DNA of 64,000 nucleotides from a virus (taxonomy: Duplodnaviria > Caudoviricetes). The stretch is taken from IMG/VR virus record IMGVR_UViG_3300046795_000082, positions 1 to 64,000 of that record, one strand, 5' to 3'. Below the pieces are notes generated by a model. It searched no databases and was not told where the DNA came from. It was given only the letters and a program-made list of their open reading frames with translations. Positions 53,993 through 63,646 of the stretch are shown here, piece by piece. The translations under genes were made by a program, and so were the position numbers. The number at the start of each line of letters is the position of its first letter. The first letter of the stretch is position 1.

Positions 53993-54492
53993 GTCCCCTC
54001 CTCACGCGTGTGCAGGTGATCGAGGCCCGTCGGCGTCGAGTCGTCGACCCCAGGCCCGTACTCGACATCCGGTTCCACGGCAGACTTGCGGAGCGAGGCG
54101 CCGAATTTCTTGGCGTAGGCGGGGTCGGGCTGCTCGCCGCCCTGCCACTTCGGCTGGATGGTGTGGACGTCCTGGTTGCTCTTGTCCTGAGACCAGCGGC
54201 GCCAGACGACTGGCTGCCCTTCGCCGTCCCGGAAGCGCTGCTCGCTGTCGCGCTCGATGTCCCGGAGCTTCTTCAGGCTGTCGACGGTGACGGGGTTGTT
54301 CATCCCGTCGAAGGTGTCGAACGCTTCGAAGCCCGGACCACAGGCGGCGTCCATCCGTCCGACCTGGGGGATCCAGTTGGTCTTGCGCCCACAGTGCTCG
54401 GGGGCGCCCTTCTGGGCGCCTATCGTCGCGGGTACCGCGACGTCGACCAGGACCTGGCCGCAGACCTGACACCAGAAATCGTGTAGCGCCAT
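53989..54492 (-). CDS. FmdB-like zinc-ribbon protein
   Basis: M.LHDFWCQVCG...EHCG; ATG at 54492. Confidence 0.65.
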   Translation of the reverse strand: MALHDFWCQVCGQVLVDVAVPATIGAQKGAPEHCGRKTNWIPQVGRMDAACGPGFEAFDTFDGMNNPVTVDSLKKLRDIERDSEQRFRDGEGQPVVWRRWSQDKSNQDVHTIQPKWQGGEQPDPAYAKKFGASLRKSAVEPDVEYGPGVDDSTPTGLDHLHTREEGT

Positions 54493-54593
54493 CAGCGTTC
54501 TCCCCACGCGCGTGCGATGACGTAGATCAGCCACGCGAACACCAGGCCGACGATGACGATGGCCTGGCCGATCGAGATGTCAGGAAGGGTCAT
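54492..54593 (-). CDS. 33-aa membrane peptide
   Basis: Hand-translated MTLPDISIGQAIVIVGLVFAWLIYVIARAWGER*; coupled at both ends. Confidence 0.5.
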   Translation of the reverse strand: MTLPDISIGQAIVIVGLVFAWLIYVIARAWGER

Positions 54594-54928
54594 CACGCCA
54601 CCAGCACCGTCACGAGCACGCCGTCTCCCCCGTTGTCGACGTCGACCCAGAAGTCCGCCACGTTGATCGCGTTGGGCGCCAGGGTGAGCGCCGTCGAGAA
54701 GGTCGGCAGCGCCGAGCCCGCAGGGACCGCCAGGATCGCGTAGAGGCCCGTGAAGGCGAAGCGGTTGAGGGTCTGCGTGCCGATGTAGACCCGGCCGGTG
54801 TTGGTCGGCAGCGCCTGGAACATCACGCCGTGGACGGCGAGGCGACTGTCGGGCGCCGCGATGATGTTCTGCGTCGCGCGCACCGGCGTGCCAGGGGTCG
54901 GGAGGAGCTTGCCAAGCGATTGAATCAT
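54593..54928 (-). CDS. small beta-rich virion protein
   Basis: QALPTNTGRVYIG motif; 111 aa. Confidence 0.6.
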   Translation of the reverse strand: MIQSLGKLLPTPGTPVRATQNIIAAPDSRLAVHGVMFQALPTNTGRVYIGTQTLNRFAFTGLYAILAVPAGSALPTFSTALTLAPNAINVADFWVDVDNGGDGVLVTVLVA

Positions 54929-55126
54929 CTAGAGGCTCCAGCTATCGCCGAGCACGACGCCGGACCAGGGCGTCCCGAGCTTCGCGTCGGGTGGGCCTTC
55001 GCCGCCGCCGCTCGGGCCCTCACGCGTGTCCAGGAGGACGTATCCGCTCAGGTCCTCCAGCCACACCCAGCCGCCAGCCTCCTGAAGGAGCCGATCCACG
55101 ACGACCACCGGCAGCAGCTCACTCAC
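54929..55126 (-). CDS. small hypothetical protein
   Basis: GTG start; VSELLPVVVVDRLLQEAGG.... Confidence 0.4.
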   Translation of the reverse strand: MSELLPVVVVDRLLQEAGGWVWLEDLSGYVLLDTREGPSGGGEGPPDAKLGTPWSGVVLGDSWSL

Positions 55127-55497
55127 GCAGCACCCACCAGCGGCGGGAACCCGGCGGCGGCGGCGAGGGCATCCCAATCGGTCGCGAGTTGCGACAGGAG
55201 ATCGGGATCGCCCGCGGCGGTGACGACCTGACCGGTCTGCATCGGAAAGTCGTAGACGTGCGTCGTGTCGAAATTCATCACGTTGGGCCGGAAGACGAAG
55301 CTCGGGAGGATCACCGTGAGTTCCAGGTCGAGTTGCCGGATGACCTGTTGGGCGTAGTCGACGCGGTTCGCGTGGTTCAAGGTGTTGAGATCTTCGTTCA
55401 GTACTTGCCACGCCACGGTGGAGAACGCGCCGCGCACCCGGCGCCGGAAGCGTTCATCGGCCGCGAGGGCGGCTTGCGTGTAGGTGTCGTTGGGCAT
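55123..55497 (-). CDS. hypothetical virion-associated protein
   Basis: ATG at 55497 (MPNDTYTQAALAAD...) after GGGAG. Confidence 0.6.
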   Translation of the reverse strand: MPNDTYTQAALAADERFRRRVRGAFSTVAWQVLNEDLNTLNHANRVDYAQQVIRQLDLELTVILPSFVFRPNVMNFDTTHVYDFPMQTGQVVTAAGDPDLLSQLATDWDALAAAAGFPPLVGAA

Positions 55498-55513
55498 CAG
55501 GCGCTCCCGTGTG

Positions 55514-56893
55514 TCAGATGAAGTAGAACCCGTGGAGCCGAATGATCGCCGTCGCCGCGACTGCGGTGCAGGCGATGGTGTTCGCCACCGCCCCGCTCCC
55601 GACCGCCGCGAGCACAATCGTGGTCGTGCCAGGGTTCGCGACCGCGGTGAACTGCGTGCAGCCCGCGGGCTGCGTCACGCCACTGATATAGGTGATGTCG
55701 AAGCCGGACTGTGCCGTGCCCCCGACGGTATAGGGCAGGCCGGTAATCAGGGCGATCCCGGCGGCGCCACCCGTCGAGGTGAGCGTGATGTCGACCGTGA
55801 AGTGGACGAGTTTTTTGATCTTCAGATAGGAGCCGTTGCGGGTGGAATATGTCGCGGTGCCAGCGGTCGTCGATCCGCTGAAGGTCGGCGTCCAAGCGGT
55901 CGTCGGGACGTAGTCGAGTTCTTGCTGCACGAACGCGGTCGATGCGGCTTGCGTGGTGTTCGTCGCGGCGGCGGCGGTCGGCACGGTCGGCGTGCCGGTC
56001 AGCGCGGGCGAGGCAAGCGGCGCGAAACTCGTCGCGACGAAGGACGTCGTGGCGACCTCTGTCGTATTCGTACCCGGTGCCGGTGTCGGGGCCACGAGCT
56101 TGGTCGCCACGGTGACGACGCCAGCGTTGTCGATCCGCAGTCGCTCGACGCCAACCAGCGACCCGTCCGGCGTGGTCGTAATCGTAAACAGGCCCGGCAT
56201 ACTGCTCGCGGACACCGTGCCATCGACACTCGCCGTGAGTTGGACCCCGCCACCGAAGACGCTTCCGCCGGTATCACCCATAAAACTCAGCGTCCCGAAC
56301 GAGTCTCCATTGACAAGGGCGCTACCGCCGCGCGTATGCCGCCACAGGCTGTTAGGACCACCGACGCCGACCGTCGTCCGCTCAACGATCTGTCGCGAGG
56401 CCCCCGGCGTGCTGCCAGTCAACAGGAACCGATCCGTGCCCGGTGTCGCGGTGCCGAGCGCAAGATTCCCGCTGACACAGAGTGACGGGGATGCGCTCGT
56501 CACGCGCATAACTTCCGTCGCGCCGTTGGTGCCGACCCCGACGATGACATCGGCCCCGGTCGTACCTGCACCGGATGTCGGCTTCAGGGTCAGCGTCGAA
56601 GTGGTGCCTGTCCCGCCGACCACCGTCGGCGCGGTGATCGAGGTCACGGCCGGATTCGCACTGTAGGTCGAAGGCGCGCCGCCGGCGAGGACCGTGCCGA
56701 CCGCCCCGGTCGCGAGGGTGTCGGACACCGTCACATCCCCAGTGCCGGTGTCCGCACCCGTCGAAGACAGCGTGACCCCGGCGCCCGCCACGATCTTCGC
56801 GACGACGGCCTGCCCCGCCGTGGCGGTATTGAGATCATCGCGCCCGATGGTGGCGTCCTTGATCTGGGCGCTGCGGACTTCGGTGCGGGCCAT
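55514..56893 (-). CDS. tail fibre/spike protein
   Basis: Very Thr/Gly/Ala-rich; fibre motifs (ATT.FV, FAPLASPALTGTPT.PT, AST.FV, W.PT). Confidence 0.7.
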   Translation of the reverse strand: MARTEVRSAQIKDATIGRDDLNTATAGQAVVAKIVAGAGVTLSSTGADTGTGDVTVSDTLATGAVGTVLAGGAPSTYSANPAVTSITAPTVVGGTGTTSTLTLKPTSGAGTTGADVIVGVGTNGATEVMRVTSASPSLCVSGNLALGTATPGTDRFLLTGSTPGASRQIVERTTVGVGGPNSLWRHTRGGSALVNGDSFGTLSFMGDTGGSVFGGGVQLTASVDGTVSASSMPGLFTITTTPDGSLVGVERLRIDNAGVVTVATKLVAPTPAPGTNTTEVATTSFVATSFAPLASPALTGTPTVPTAAAATNTTQAASTAFVQQELDYVPTTAWTPTFSGSTTAGTATYSTRNGSYLKIKKLVHFTVDITLTSTGGAAGIALITGLPYTVGGTAQSGFDITYISGVTQPAGCTQFTAVANPGTTTIVLAAVGSGAVANTIACTAVAATAIIRLHGFYFI

Positions 56894-56896
56894 GAC

Positions 56897-57868
56897 TCAG
56901 ATCAGGTAGTTCACGCGCAGCCGGTCGGTCGCCGCCGGAGCCGCCAGGTAGGTGATCGTGGCGCCGGCAATGGTGTAGTCGTTCCCCGCGCCCGGCTCCT
57001 GCAAGAGGCCGTTCAGGAAGACCTGCTCACTGCTCACCACCGGTGTGTTCGCCAGCGTGAAGACGGTGTTCGATCCGTTCAGCGTGCCGGCGGGCGTCTC
57101 GCGCGTGATGAACTTCGCGGTGTTGACCTTCAGGCCGAGCGCCGAAACCGTGATGCTGGTCCCATCGAGCGCGACCTGCATCTTCTTCGGCGTGCTCGCG
57201 TCGAACTTGAGGCCCGCGCTGGTGTCGATGTTCGCGCTGACCAGGTCCGCCGCCACGGTGAGGCCGTCGCCGCCGATGAGGTCCAGCGTGTTGCCCGTCT
57301 TGGTCAGGCCCGCGCCCGCGACGACGGTGCCCGCCCCGGAGAACTGCGTGAAGGTCAGGGGCGTGGTCCCGAGCACGATCGGATTGGGCGTGGTCAGGAC
57401 ATAGCCGTTACCCGCCCCCGCCGTCCCTTCTTCCACAAACGTGAACAGGCCGGCGGTCACGTCCGCCGATACGTCCGCGTCCGTCGCGCGTTGCCACGCC
57501 CCTGTCGCGACCGTGTAGATGCCGTTGTCCTGCGCTGCGGTCTGGGCTTTGACGAGCACGCGGTCTCCGGCGATGAGTGTCACGCCGTCGATGGTCTGGG
57601 CGGCGGTCAGTGTGATGTTGGCCGTCGTTGCCGCTCGTACCGAGGCCTTGACATCGAGACCTTGCGCGGCGGCATCGACATACGCCTTGGTCGCTGCATC
57701 CTGGGCAGCGGTCGGGTTCAGGACGTTGGTCAGGGCGAACCCGCCCATCGACTGCGTGCCGGTGTGGGGGTTGGTGCCGGCGGCGACGATCACCGTGGCG
57801 TTGACTTCGGTCGCTGTGACCGACCCGGCAAGAATCTGGGTGGTGCCGCGAATCCTCGTATTGGCCAT
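56897..57868 (-). CDS. fibre/head-fibre-like protein
   Basis: NPTAAQDAATKAYVD, GDRVLVK.Q....NGIY, RATDAD; C-terminal Ig-like domain. Confidence 0.7.
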   Translation of the reverse strand: MANTRIRGTTQILAGSVTATEVNATVIVAAGTNPHTGTQSMGGFALTNVLNPTAAQDAATKAYVDAAAQGLDVKASVRAATTANITLTAAQTIDGVTLIAGDRVLVKAQTAAQDNGIYTVATGAWQRATDADVSADVTAGLFTFVEEGTAGAGNGYVLTTPNPIVLGTTPLTFTQFSGAGTVVAGAGLTKTGNTLDLIGGDGLTVAADLVSANIDTSAGLKFDASTPKKMQVALDGTSITVSALGLKVNTAKFITRETPAGTLNGSNTVFTLANTPVVSSEQVFLNGLLQEPGAGNDYTIAGATITYLAAPAATDRLRVNYLI

Positions 57869-57870
57869 GG

Positions 57871-58656
57871 CTAAGTCCTCTGGTAAGTGACCAGCACCCG
57901 ATCCCCCGAGAGGGGCGGCATCAGGAACGTCACACTCGCGCCACTGATGCTGTAGTCGATGCCGCGCGCGTCCTGCAGGAGCCCGTTGAGAAACACCTGC
58001 TCGGTGTCGGCGACGGGCGGGTTCGTCAGCGTGAACGTGGAGTTACTCCCGTCGACGGGGCCGGTCGGGACCTCGCGCACGGCGAGGCCGAACGCCGCGC
58101 CTGTGACCACCAGCATCATGGTCGCTTGATTGTTCAGGAGCGCGCCGCCGCTGCTGACCCACGCGACGGGGAGTTCGATATAGGTCGTCTTGTCGACCGT
58201 TGCCGACGTGGTCGTGAACTTCGCAAACAGCGTGGAGTCGTTCTTGTCCTGGAAGTAGATGGTGGACCCAGACGGGACGAGCAGGAGGTAGGCGTGGACA
58301 TCGCTCCCGCCGGTCGTGATGTTGCGGACCCACACGCGTGTCACCGCGGTGTAGGGGAACGCCGCGTCGAATCGCACCTGATTGCTGGTCGGCGGTTCGA
58401 CGGTCGTCGTCGAGAAGTCGAAGGGCAAGGGGGTGGCGCCGCTCCCGGTGGGGCCGGTCGCGCCCGTCGGTCCGGGGTCCCCCTGGGGTCCCTGGGGGCC
58501 GGCGGGGCCGGGGATGCCCGCGGCGAGCGCGGTCACCTGGCTGACCAACGCTTTCTTGGTGTCCGGCGTGCCGCCCGGGTCGTCGACGATGAGCAGCAGG
58601 TCGGTCAGCTCGACGACGTCGATCGGGTCGAGCTGGGTGACCTTCTTGTCAGCCAC
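57871..58656 (-). CDS. collagen-repeat fibre protein
   Basis: G-X-Y run GIPGPAGPQGPQGDPGPTGATGPTG; C-terminal domain paralogous to that of 56897-57868. Confidence 0.7.
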   Translation of the reverse strand: MADKKVTQLDPIDVVELTDLLLIVDDPGGTPDTKKALVSQVTALAAGIPGPAGPQGPQGDPGPTGATGPTGSGATPLPFDFSTTTVEPPTSNQVRFDAAFPYTAVTRVWVRNITTGGSDVHAYLLLVPSGSTIYFQDKNDSTLFAKFTTTSATVDKTTYIELPVAWVSSGGALLNNQATMMLVVTGAAFGLAVREVPTGPVDGSNSTFTLTNPPVADTEQVFLNGLLQDARGIDYSISGASVTFLMPPLSGDRVLVTYQRT

Positions 58657-58848
58657 GGCGGGTCGGCTCCCACGGGCACGCGAGGAAGACCCCCAGCCGC
58701 ACCAGCCGCTGACCCCACCGACGGAGCCGGCCCAGGATACGCGCGCGCAGGGTGCGCCGGTCCGGCGGGCAGTTGAGGAACAGGAGTGGTGCGTCGCCGA
58801 GGTGCGGCTGGTCCTGCACGCTGAGCGGCGTCGCGGCGGGCCACATCG

Positions 58849-59256
58849 CTAGCCGCCTTTGTGGAACAGCTCGTCTTCGATGCGGTCGACCACGGCCTTC
58901 ATCTCGGCTTCGACTGTGCGGCCGCGCTTCATGGCGCGGTGCTGCAGCTCGGCGACCTGGCCGGGGGTGAAGGGAATGCGGATGTCGCCGACTTTGATGG
59001 ACGCCAGGCGCTCGATGGCCTTGACCAGGTCGGGGCCGGAGCGGGTCGAGCCGAAGCCGGTGGTCACCTCGATGGCGTCGCAGTCGGCTGGCGAGAGGAG
59101 CAGGCCGGGGACCGGGGCCGGTGTCGCCAGGGTCTGGAGCTGGTCTAGAAGGGCCCGGATCTGCGTCAGGATGGCGTCAGGCGCGCGACCGGTCGTCGAA
59201 GTAGAGGCCGGCCGGGTCGCTGTCGGTAACGCTCCAGGGGTCGTCGTCGGGGTCAT
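58849..59256 (-). CDS. hypothetical protein with RHH-like C-terminus
   Basis: IRIPFTPGQVAELQHRAMKRGRTVEAEMKAVV; the start position is uncertain. Confidence 0.5.
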   Translation of the reverse strand: MTPTTTPGALPTATRPASTSTTGRAPDAILTQIRALLDQLQTLATPAPVPGLLLSPADCDAIEVTTGFGSTRSGPDLVKAIERLASIKVGDIRIPFTPGQVAELQHRAMKRGRTVEAEMKAVVDRIEDELFHKGG

Positions 59257-61465
59257 GCCGGTGCTCTCCTTCCAGCTCCGCGGCTTCCTCGCTGGTGGCT
59301 GGACTGTTGCGCCAGTCGAGACGGGACAGGGGGCGGTCCTTGCTGAGCGCGTCGAGGGCCACTTTGCGGCGCCGCCGCTCGGCGACTGGTTCGATCTCGC
59401 CTCCCGCCATGCGCCAGGCCACGTAGTAGCCGATGGCGGCGGCCATCACCGCGTCGTCGTGCTGGCCGCGGGCCGCCTCGGCCTCGCCGATTGTGGAGGC
59501 CGTCACGAAGTGGCGCAACTCCCCCCGAGTAATCGGGGAGTTCAGGACCAGCTCGGGCTGGTGGGTGATCGGGTCGAAGGCGGTGATGGCGCCGTGGAAG
59601 CTGGCCAGGAGCAGGGGCCGGGTGCGCGGGCTGGTGACCCAGCCGATGCGCGTCGAGTAGCGGCGCTCGGGCGACGCGGCGTCGGCGTATTCCCAGACAT
59701 AGAAGTAGCTGTAGCCGAGGTGCAGCTGCAGGGTGTCCTGGGTGGCCAGGCCGTGGCTGTTGGTCTCGATGGCGGCCATGGCTTCGACCCCGTCGCTGTC
59801 GCTGTAGTAGCGGCCGATGGCGTCGCAGACGAAGGCCAGGGCCTTGGGGTCCAGGGCGTTGGTGCAGTACTGGGCGACCTGCTCGGCCGGGTCTTCGATG
59901 GTCGGCTGGCGAATGACGTCGATGACCGAGTAGTCCTGGAGGAGGCCGTCAGAGACATCGACGCTCATCACGTAGCGGCGGGTGCCGCGGATGCGGGGGT
60001 ATTCCCAGATCGCCAGGACGCCGCCGCGCAGGTTCTTCAGGCTGGCGAGCTGGTCTTTGGGCAGGCGCCGGAAGCCGTAGCCGGGCGGAACCGGGTTGGT
60101 CTCGTGCTGCAGGGCGCCCCCACGCGTGTGCAGGTGAGGAGCGACTGGCGGGACGACGCGCTTCGGTTGGATGTCGATGCTCGGGCTCTCGCGGCGCAGC
60201 TTGGCCACCTCGATGGCGGGCTCGACCGACCAGACGTCGAGGAGGGGCCGGCGGCTGCCGGCGCGGTCGATCTGCTCCAGCTGGTCGAGGGTGAAGATGC
60301 TGCGGCCGGCATACTGGAAGCACTCCAGGTCGTCGGCGGGGTACTCCTTCAGGAACTTGTGGAGGTAGCCCTTGCTCTCGTAGAAGCGGCGGGTCGACTC
60401 ATACCAGTAGAGCTGGTCGCGGGAGAGGGTGACCGTGCGGCCAAACCACTTCGGGCTGTCGCGCTCGCACTTCTCGGCGTGGGCGGTGGTGGTGGTGGCG
60501 GGGGTCCAGTCGAGCGGGGCCGGCAGGGCGTATTTGCTCGGCTCGGCGCACCAGGGGATGAAGACGTTTCTGAAGCGACCGACGCCCTCGCCGCTGGCCA
60601 GCCAGTGCTGGTGCCACCAGTCGCCGGCAAACTCCGCGGTGGCTTCGTAGAGGACCAGGGTGTCACGCGCGTAGGGGATGGCTGGCAGCAGGGCCGTATC
60701 GAGTTGCTCTGGGTTCTCCCAGGTCGGGAGTTCACTGATGTGGACACAGCTGTAGGTCTGACCGCGGCCGATTGAGCCCTTGCTGCCTTCCTGGCCGGAG
60801 ACGGCCTGCAGCGCGCCGCGGGTCGACTTGCCCCAGGCGGTCTTGAGGAAGCATTGGTTGGCGAGGGACAGCTCGCGGTTCTTGTTGAAGTAGACCCGGG
60901 CGGGCTTGAGGAACCAGGGCAGCTGGTCGTAGATGCGGACGACCATGCGGAAGAGATACCCGGCCTGTTCCTCGACGTCGGCGCCAGAGAGGGCGCGCAC
61001 GTGGGTCCGCGTGACCAGGCGATGGGCGACCAGGGCTTCGGCGAGGGTCGAGACGCCGAGCTGTCTGGCCTTGAGGATGTTCAGGAGCAGGCCGTCCTTG
61101 CGCTGGCCACTGGCGCCTTCCTTCTCCAGGCGCGCGAGCTGGTCGAGAACCAGCTGCTGCGACTCCCAGAGGGGGGTCAGGCGGCGCAGGCCGTGGCCTT
61201 CCATGTCGATCCAGCAGAAGCGCTCAGCGAAGTAGGGGAAGTCGAAGATGACGCGCAGGCGGCTGGCGGCGACGAAGCGCTGCTCGTCGTGGGTCAGGGG
61301 GCGGGTGGGCTGCCCCTCGTCATCGACCGCCTGCATGACTTGACTGGTCAGCGCGGCGCTGTCGTCGACACTGTAGCGGGTCAGGCCCTTCGGGAAGAGG
61401 GTCCTGAAGGTCGGCTGGGCGAGGAGGGTGGCTTCGTCCTGGGCAATCAGGTCGGGGTGGTACAC
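59177..61465 (-). CDS. terL: terminase large subunit
   Basis: ILKARQLGVST (Walker A region), VHISE (Walker B), YEAT (coupling), SVDVSDG and HDD nuclease acidic motifs. Confidence 0.92.
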   Translation of the reverse strand: MYHPDLIAQDEATLLAQPTFRTLFPKGLTRYSVDDSAALTSQVMQAVDDEGQPTRPLTHDEQRFVAASRLRVIFDFPYFAERFCWIDMEGHGLRRLTPLWESQQLVLDQLARLEKEGASGQRKDGLLLNILKARQLGVSTLAEALVAHRLVTRTHVRALSGADVEEQAGYLFRMVVRIYDQLPWFLKPARVYFNKNRELSLANQCFLKTAWGKSTRGALQAVSGQEGSKGSIGRGQTYSCVHISELPTWENPEQLDTALLPAIPYARDTLVLYEATAEFAGDWWHQHWLASGEGVGRFRNVFIPWCAEPSKYALPAPLDWTPATTTTAHAEKCERDSPKWFGRTVTLSRDQLYWYESTRRFYESKGYLHKFLKEYPADDLECFQYAGRSIFTLDQLEQIDRAGSRRPLLDVWSVEPAIEVAKLRRESPSIDIQPKRVVPPVAPHLHTRGGALQHETNPVPPGYGFRRLPKDQLASLKNLRGGVLAIWEYPRIRGTRRYVMSVDVSDGLLQDYSVIDVIRQPTIEDPAEQVAQYCTNALDPKALAFVCDAIGRYYSDSDGVEAMAAIETNSHGLATQDTLQLHLGYSYFYVWEYADAASPERRYSTRIGWVTSPRTRPLLLASFHGAITAFDPITHQPELVLNSPITRGELRHFVTASTIGEAEAARGQHDDAVMAAAIGYYVAWRMAGGEIEPVAERRRRKVALDALSKDRPLSRLDWRNSPATSEEAAELEGEHRHDPDDDPWSVTDSDPAGLYFDDRSRA

Positions 61466-61468
61466 GGC

Positions 61469-62029
61469 CTACCGGCTGCGGCGCAGCGGTCGGCTGAGCG
61501 CTTTCTTGGCTTTCCTGGGCGGGGCCAGCTCCGCGGGGGCCTGGAGGGGCTTGCGGCCGTACTTGGCTTCCAGCGCCGGGTCGGGCAGCATGATGTCACG
61601 TTCGCCGGTGATCGGGTCTGGCAGGTTGAGGCCCTTGGCCAGGGAGCGGTCCTTCTCGGCCTGGAAGCCTTCCAGCTCGGCGGGGCTGAAGTTGCGGGGG
61701 TCGCCTCCGGCCGTGGGGTAGTCCCGGCCTCCCGCCCAGCGCGGCGCGATGGACTGCCAGAAGGTCATGGCCTTCTCGCCGAGCCCCTCCCGCTGCGCCT
61801 GGCGAGAGTGGGTCAGCTCGTGGGTGAAGACGTTGTCCAGCTCGTCGGACGAGAGGCCCTGCAGGGCGGAGGGGTTGTAGGTGACGTTGCCGAAGGGGCT
61901 GGTGTGCGCCTGGCCGCCGCGCGCCAGGGTGCCCATGATCGCGCCCTGGGGTTCGATCGAGACGCCGGCCACGTCCGGCATCTCCTTGCGGACCCGCGCG
62001 ATCGATCCGGCGATCGGGTCGTCAGCCAC
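61469..62029 (-). CDS. zincin-like metallopeptidase domain protein
   Basis: VFTHELTHSRQ (HExxH) and downstream ELEG; GTG start after GGAG. Confidence 0.65.
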   Translation of the reverse strand: MADDPIAGSIARVRKEMPDVAGVSIEPQGAIMGTLARGGQAHTSPFGNVTYNPSALQGLSSDELDNVFTHELTHSRQAQREGLGEKAMTFWQSIAPRWAGGRDYPTAGGDPRNFSPAELEGFQAEKDRSLAKGLNLPDPITGERDIMLPDPALEAKYGRKPLQAPAELAPPRKAKKALSRPLRRSR

Positions 62030-62660
62030 GCCGCATACTCCGGCCAAAGGTGCGCGGCTTGGCCATACTGCGAGGCGCGGCGAACGTGCTAGCGGGGGCC
62101 TGCATGGTCTGCGGCTGCGCCATCTCCTGCGGCGCGGCCATGCCCTGCTCTTGCGCGAGACCGACCGGTGAACTCATGCCTGGCGGCTGCTGCATCCCGG
62201 CGGGGCCGCCCATCATGTCACCCGCGCCGGCCACCGCGCCGCCGATGCCGCCCGCGCCCAGTCCGCCGCCGATGCCGCCGCCCGTCATCGAGTTGCGCCA
62301 GCCGCCGAGGCCACCCGGCAGGCCACCCATGAGATGCGGATCGACCCGTCCGCGGTTCCAGTTCTGAAAACTCTTCTGATCGGGGAACGACGCGGGAGCC
62401 CCGGCTGGCTGCCCACCCTCCCCCCACGAGAATTTGCCTTGGGACATTCCCGGTCCCATGATGCCCGCGACGCGGCCACCCATCGCCTGGCCCGCGGCGC
62501 CGGCCCCCGCGGCTGCACCCAGGCCGCCAGGCGCTGGGGGAGCCGCTGTGCCTGGGCCCTTCATCCCGGGCAGGCCAACCGCGCCACCGACGCCCTTGAC
62601 GCCAGGAATCGAGCCGAAGGCTTTGCCTACCGCACCGCCTAACGCATCGAACATCCCCAT
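62022..62660 (-). CDS. Gly/Met/Pro-rich low-complexity protein
   Basis: 212 aa, RBS GGAGG; composition as in ejected or virion proteins. Confidence 0.55.
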   Translation of the reverse strand: MGMFDALGGAVGKAFGSIPGVKGVGGAVGLPGMKGPGTAAPPAPGGLGAAAGAGAAGQAMGGRVAGIMGPGMSQGKFSWGEGGQPAGAPASFPDQKSFQNWNRGRVDPHLMGGLPGGLGGWRNSMTGGGIGGGLGAGGIGGAVAGAGDMMGGPAGMQQPPGMSSPVGLAQEQGMAAPQEMAQPQTMQAPASTFAAPRSMAKPRTFGRSMRRG

Positions 62661-63487
62661 TACGAACCTCCTGCGTCTGCAGCTGGTTTATCCGGCTCGT
62701 CTTCGTCCTCGTCCTCAGGCGTGTCTACGTCATCTGGCTCAGGTGCCAGGTCTGGCAGTTCGGGTTCGGGTTCGGTCTCGTCGGGTTGCGTCATCATGGG
62801 CCTCCGGGGACGGAAGAGCACTTCGCCGACGGCTTGCTGGAGCTGTTCCAGGACGCCGGGGCCGTGCGCGGCGACTTGGGTCGCGGCGACGACCTGGTTC
62901 TGTTGAATCAGCAGGCCTCCACCCTTGGCGACCATCTGGCCCAGTTCCAGCGCGAGCTTCTGGCGGTCGAGGTCAGGCTCGGACCGAACGGCGCCGGTGC
63001 CGTGGCAGGTGAAGCAGGCGTGGCGTTTGGCCTCGTCGCCCTTGCACGCGGGGCAGACGATGGGCAGCGGCGTCGCGCGGGTCATCACATCCTCGACGAT
63101 CGGGGGCAGTTTGCGCGCGATGATGGCGCTCGCTTCCACGTGGGCACGCGTGATGACGGCTTTCTTGTAGGCGGCGAGCAGGTCGGCGACGGTGAGGCCG
63201 GCGCGGTGGCAGAGCGTGCGGAGGCTCCAGTGGGCGTAGCGCGGGTCGAGGAGGTGGGTGACGACCTGGTCGACGTCCGGAGCGGTCGTGGCGACGCTGA
63301 GGACCTGGGCCAGCTCCTCGCGGCCTCCGATGACGCGTGCGAAGGTTTCGACTGCATCGTCGTTGAGCGTGGCTTCTGCCGGCGTCAGGAACTCGGGTTG
63401 GCGCGCGGCGGCAGGAATCAGCGCCGTGGTCGACGATGCGGCGTGCGGCCGGCGTCGTTTCCGGCCGCTGGTGACCGAGAGGGCCAC
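62660..63487 (-). CDS. putative terminase small subunit with DnaJ-type zinc finger
   Basis: HTH-like region (WSLRTLCHRAGLTV), CPACKG..CFTCHGTG, acidic tail; close upstream of terL. Confidence 0.45.
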   Translation of the reverse strand: MALSVTSGRKRRRPHAASSTTALIPAAARQPEFLTPAEATLNDDAVETFARVIGGREELAQVLSVATTAPDVDQVVTHLLDPRYAHWSLRTLCHRAGLTVADLLAAYKKAVITRAHVEASAIIARKLPPIVEDVMTRATPLPIVCPACKGDEAKRHACFTCHGTGAVRSEPDLDRQKLALELGQMVAKGGGLLIQQNQVVAATQVAAHGPGVLEQLQQAVGEVLFRPRRPMMTQPDETEPEPELPDLAPEPDDVDTPEDEDEDEPDKPAADAGGS

Positions 63488-63646
63488 CTTAGCGGTCCTC
63501 TAGTTCTCTGACGGGGCACGGCGCGCGGTGCGTCAGCGTCGCGTCTGTCGGCTTACCGTCGTACTTTAGTTGCACGTACGCCTGGCAGTGCTTGCATTGG
63601 AGCCAGTGCCCGGGTGGATCGCTCGTCCAGTAGTAGGCGAGATTCA

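Noticed and set aside
58649-58846. 65-aa ORF between the fibre gene and the RHH-like gene
   Set aside because: It fills the gap with plausible overlaps but has atypical composition and no motif; too weak to list as a feature.
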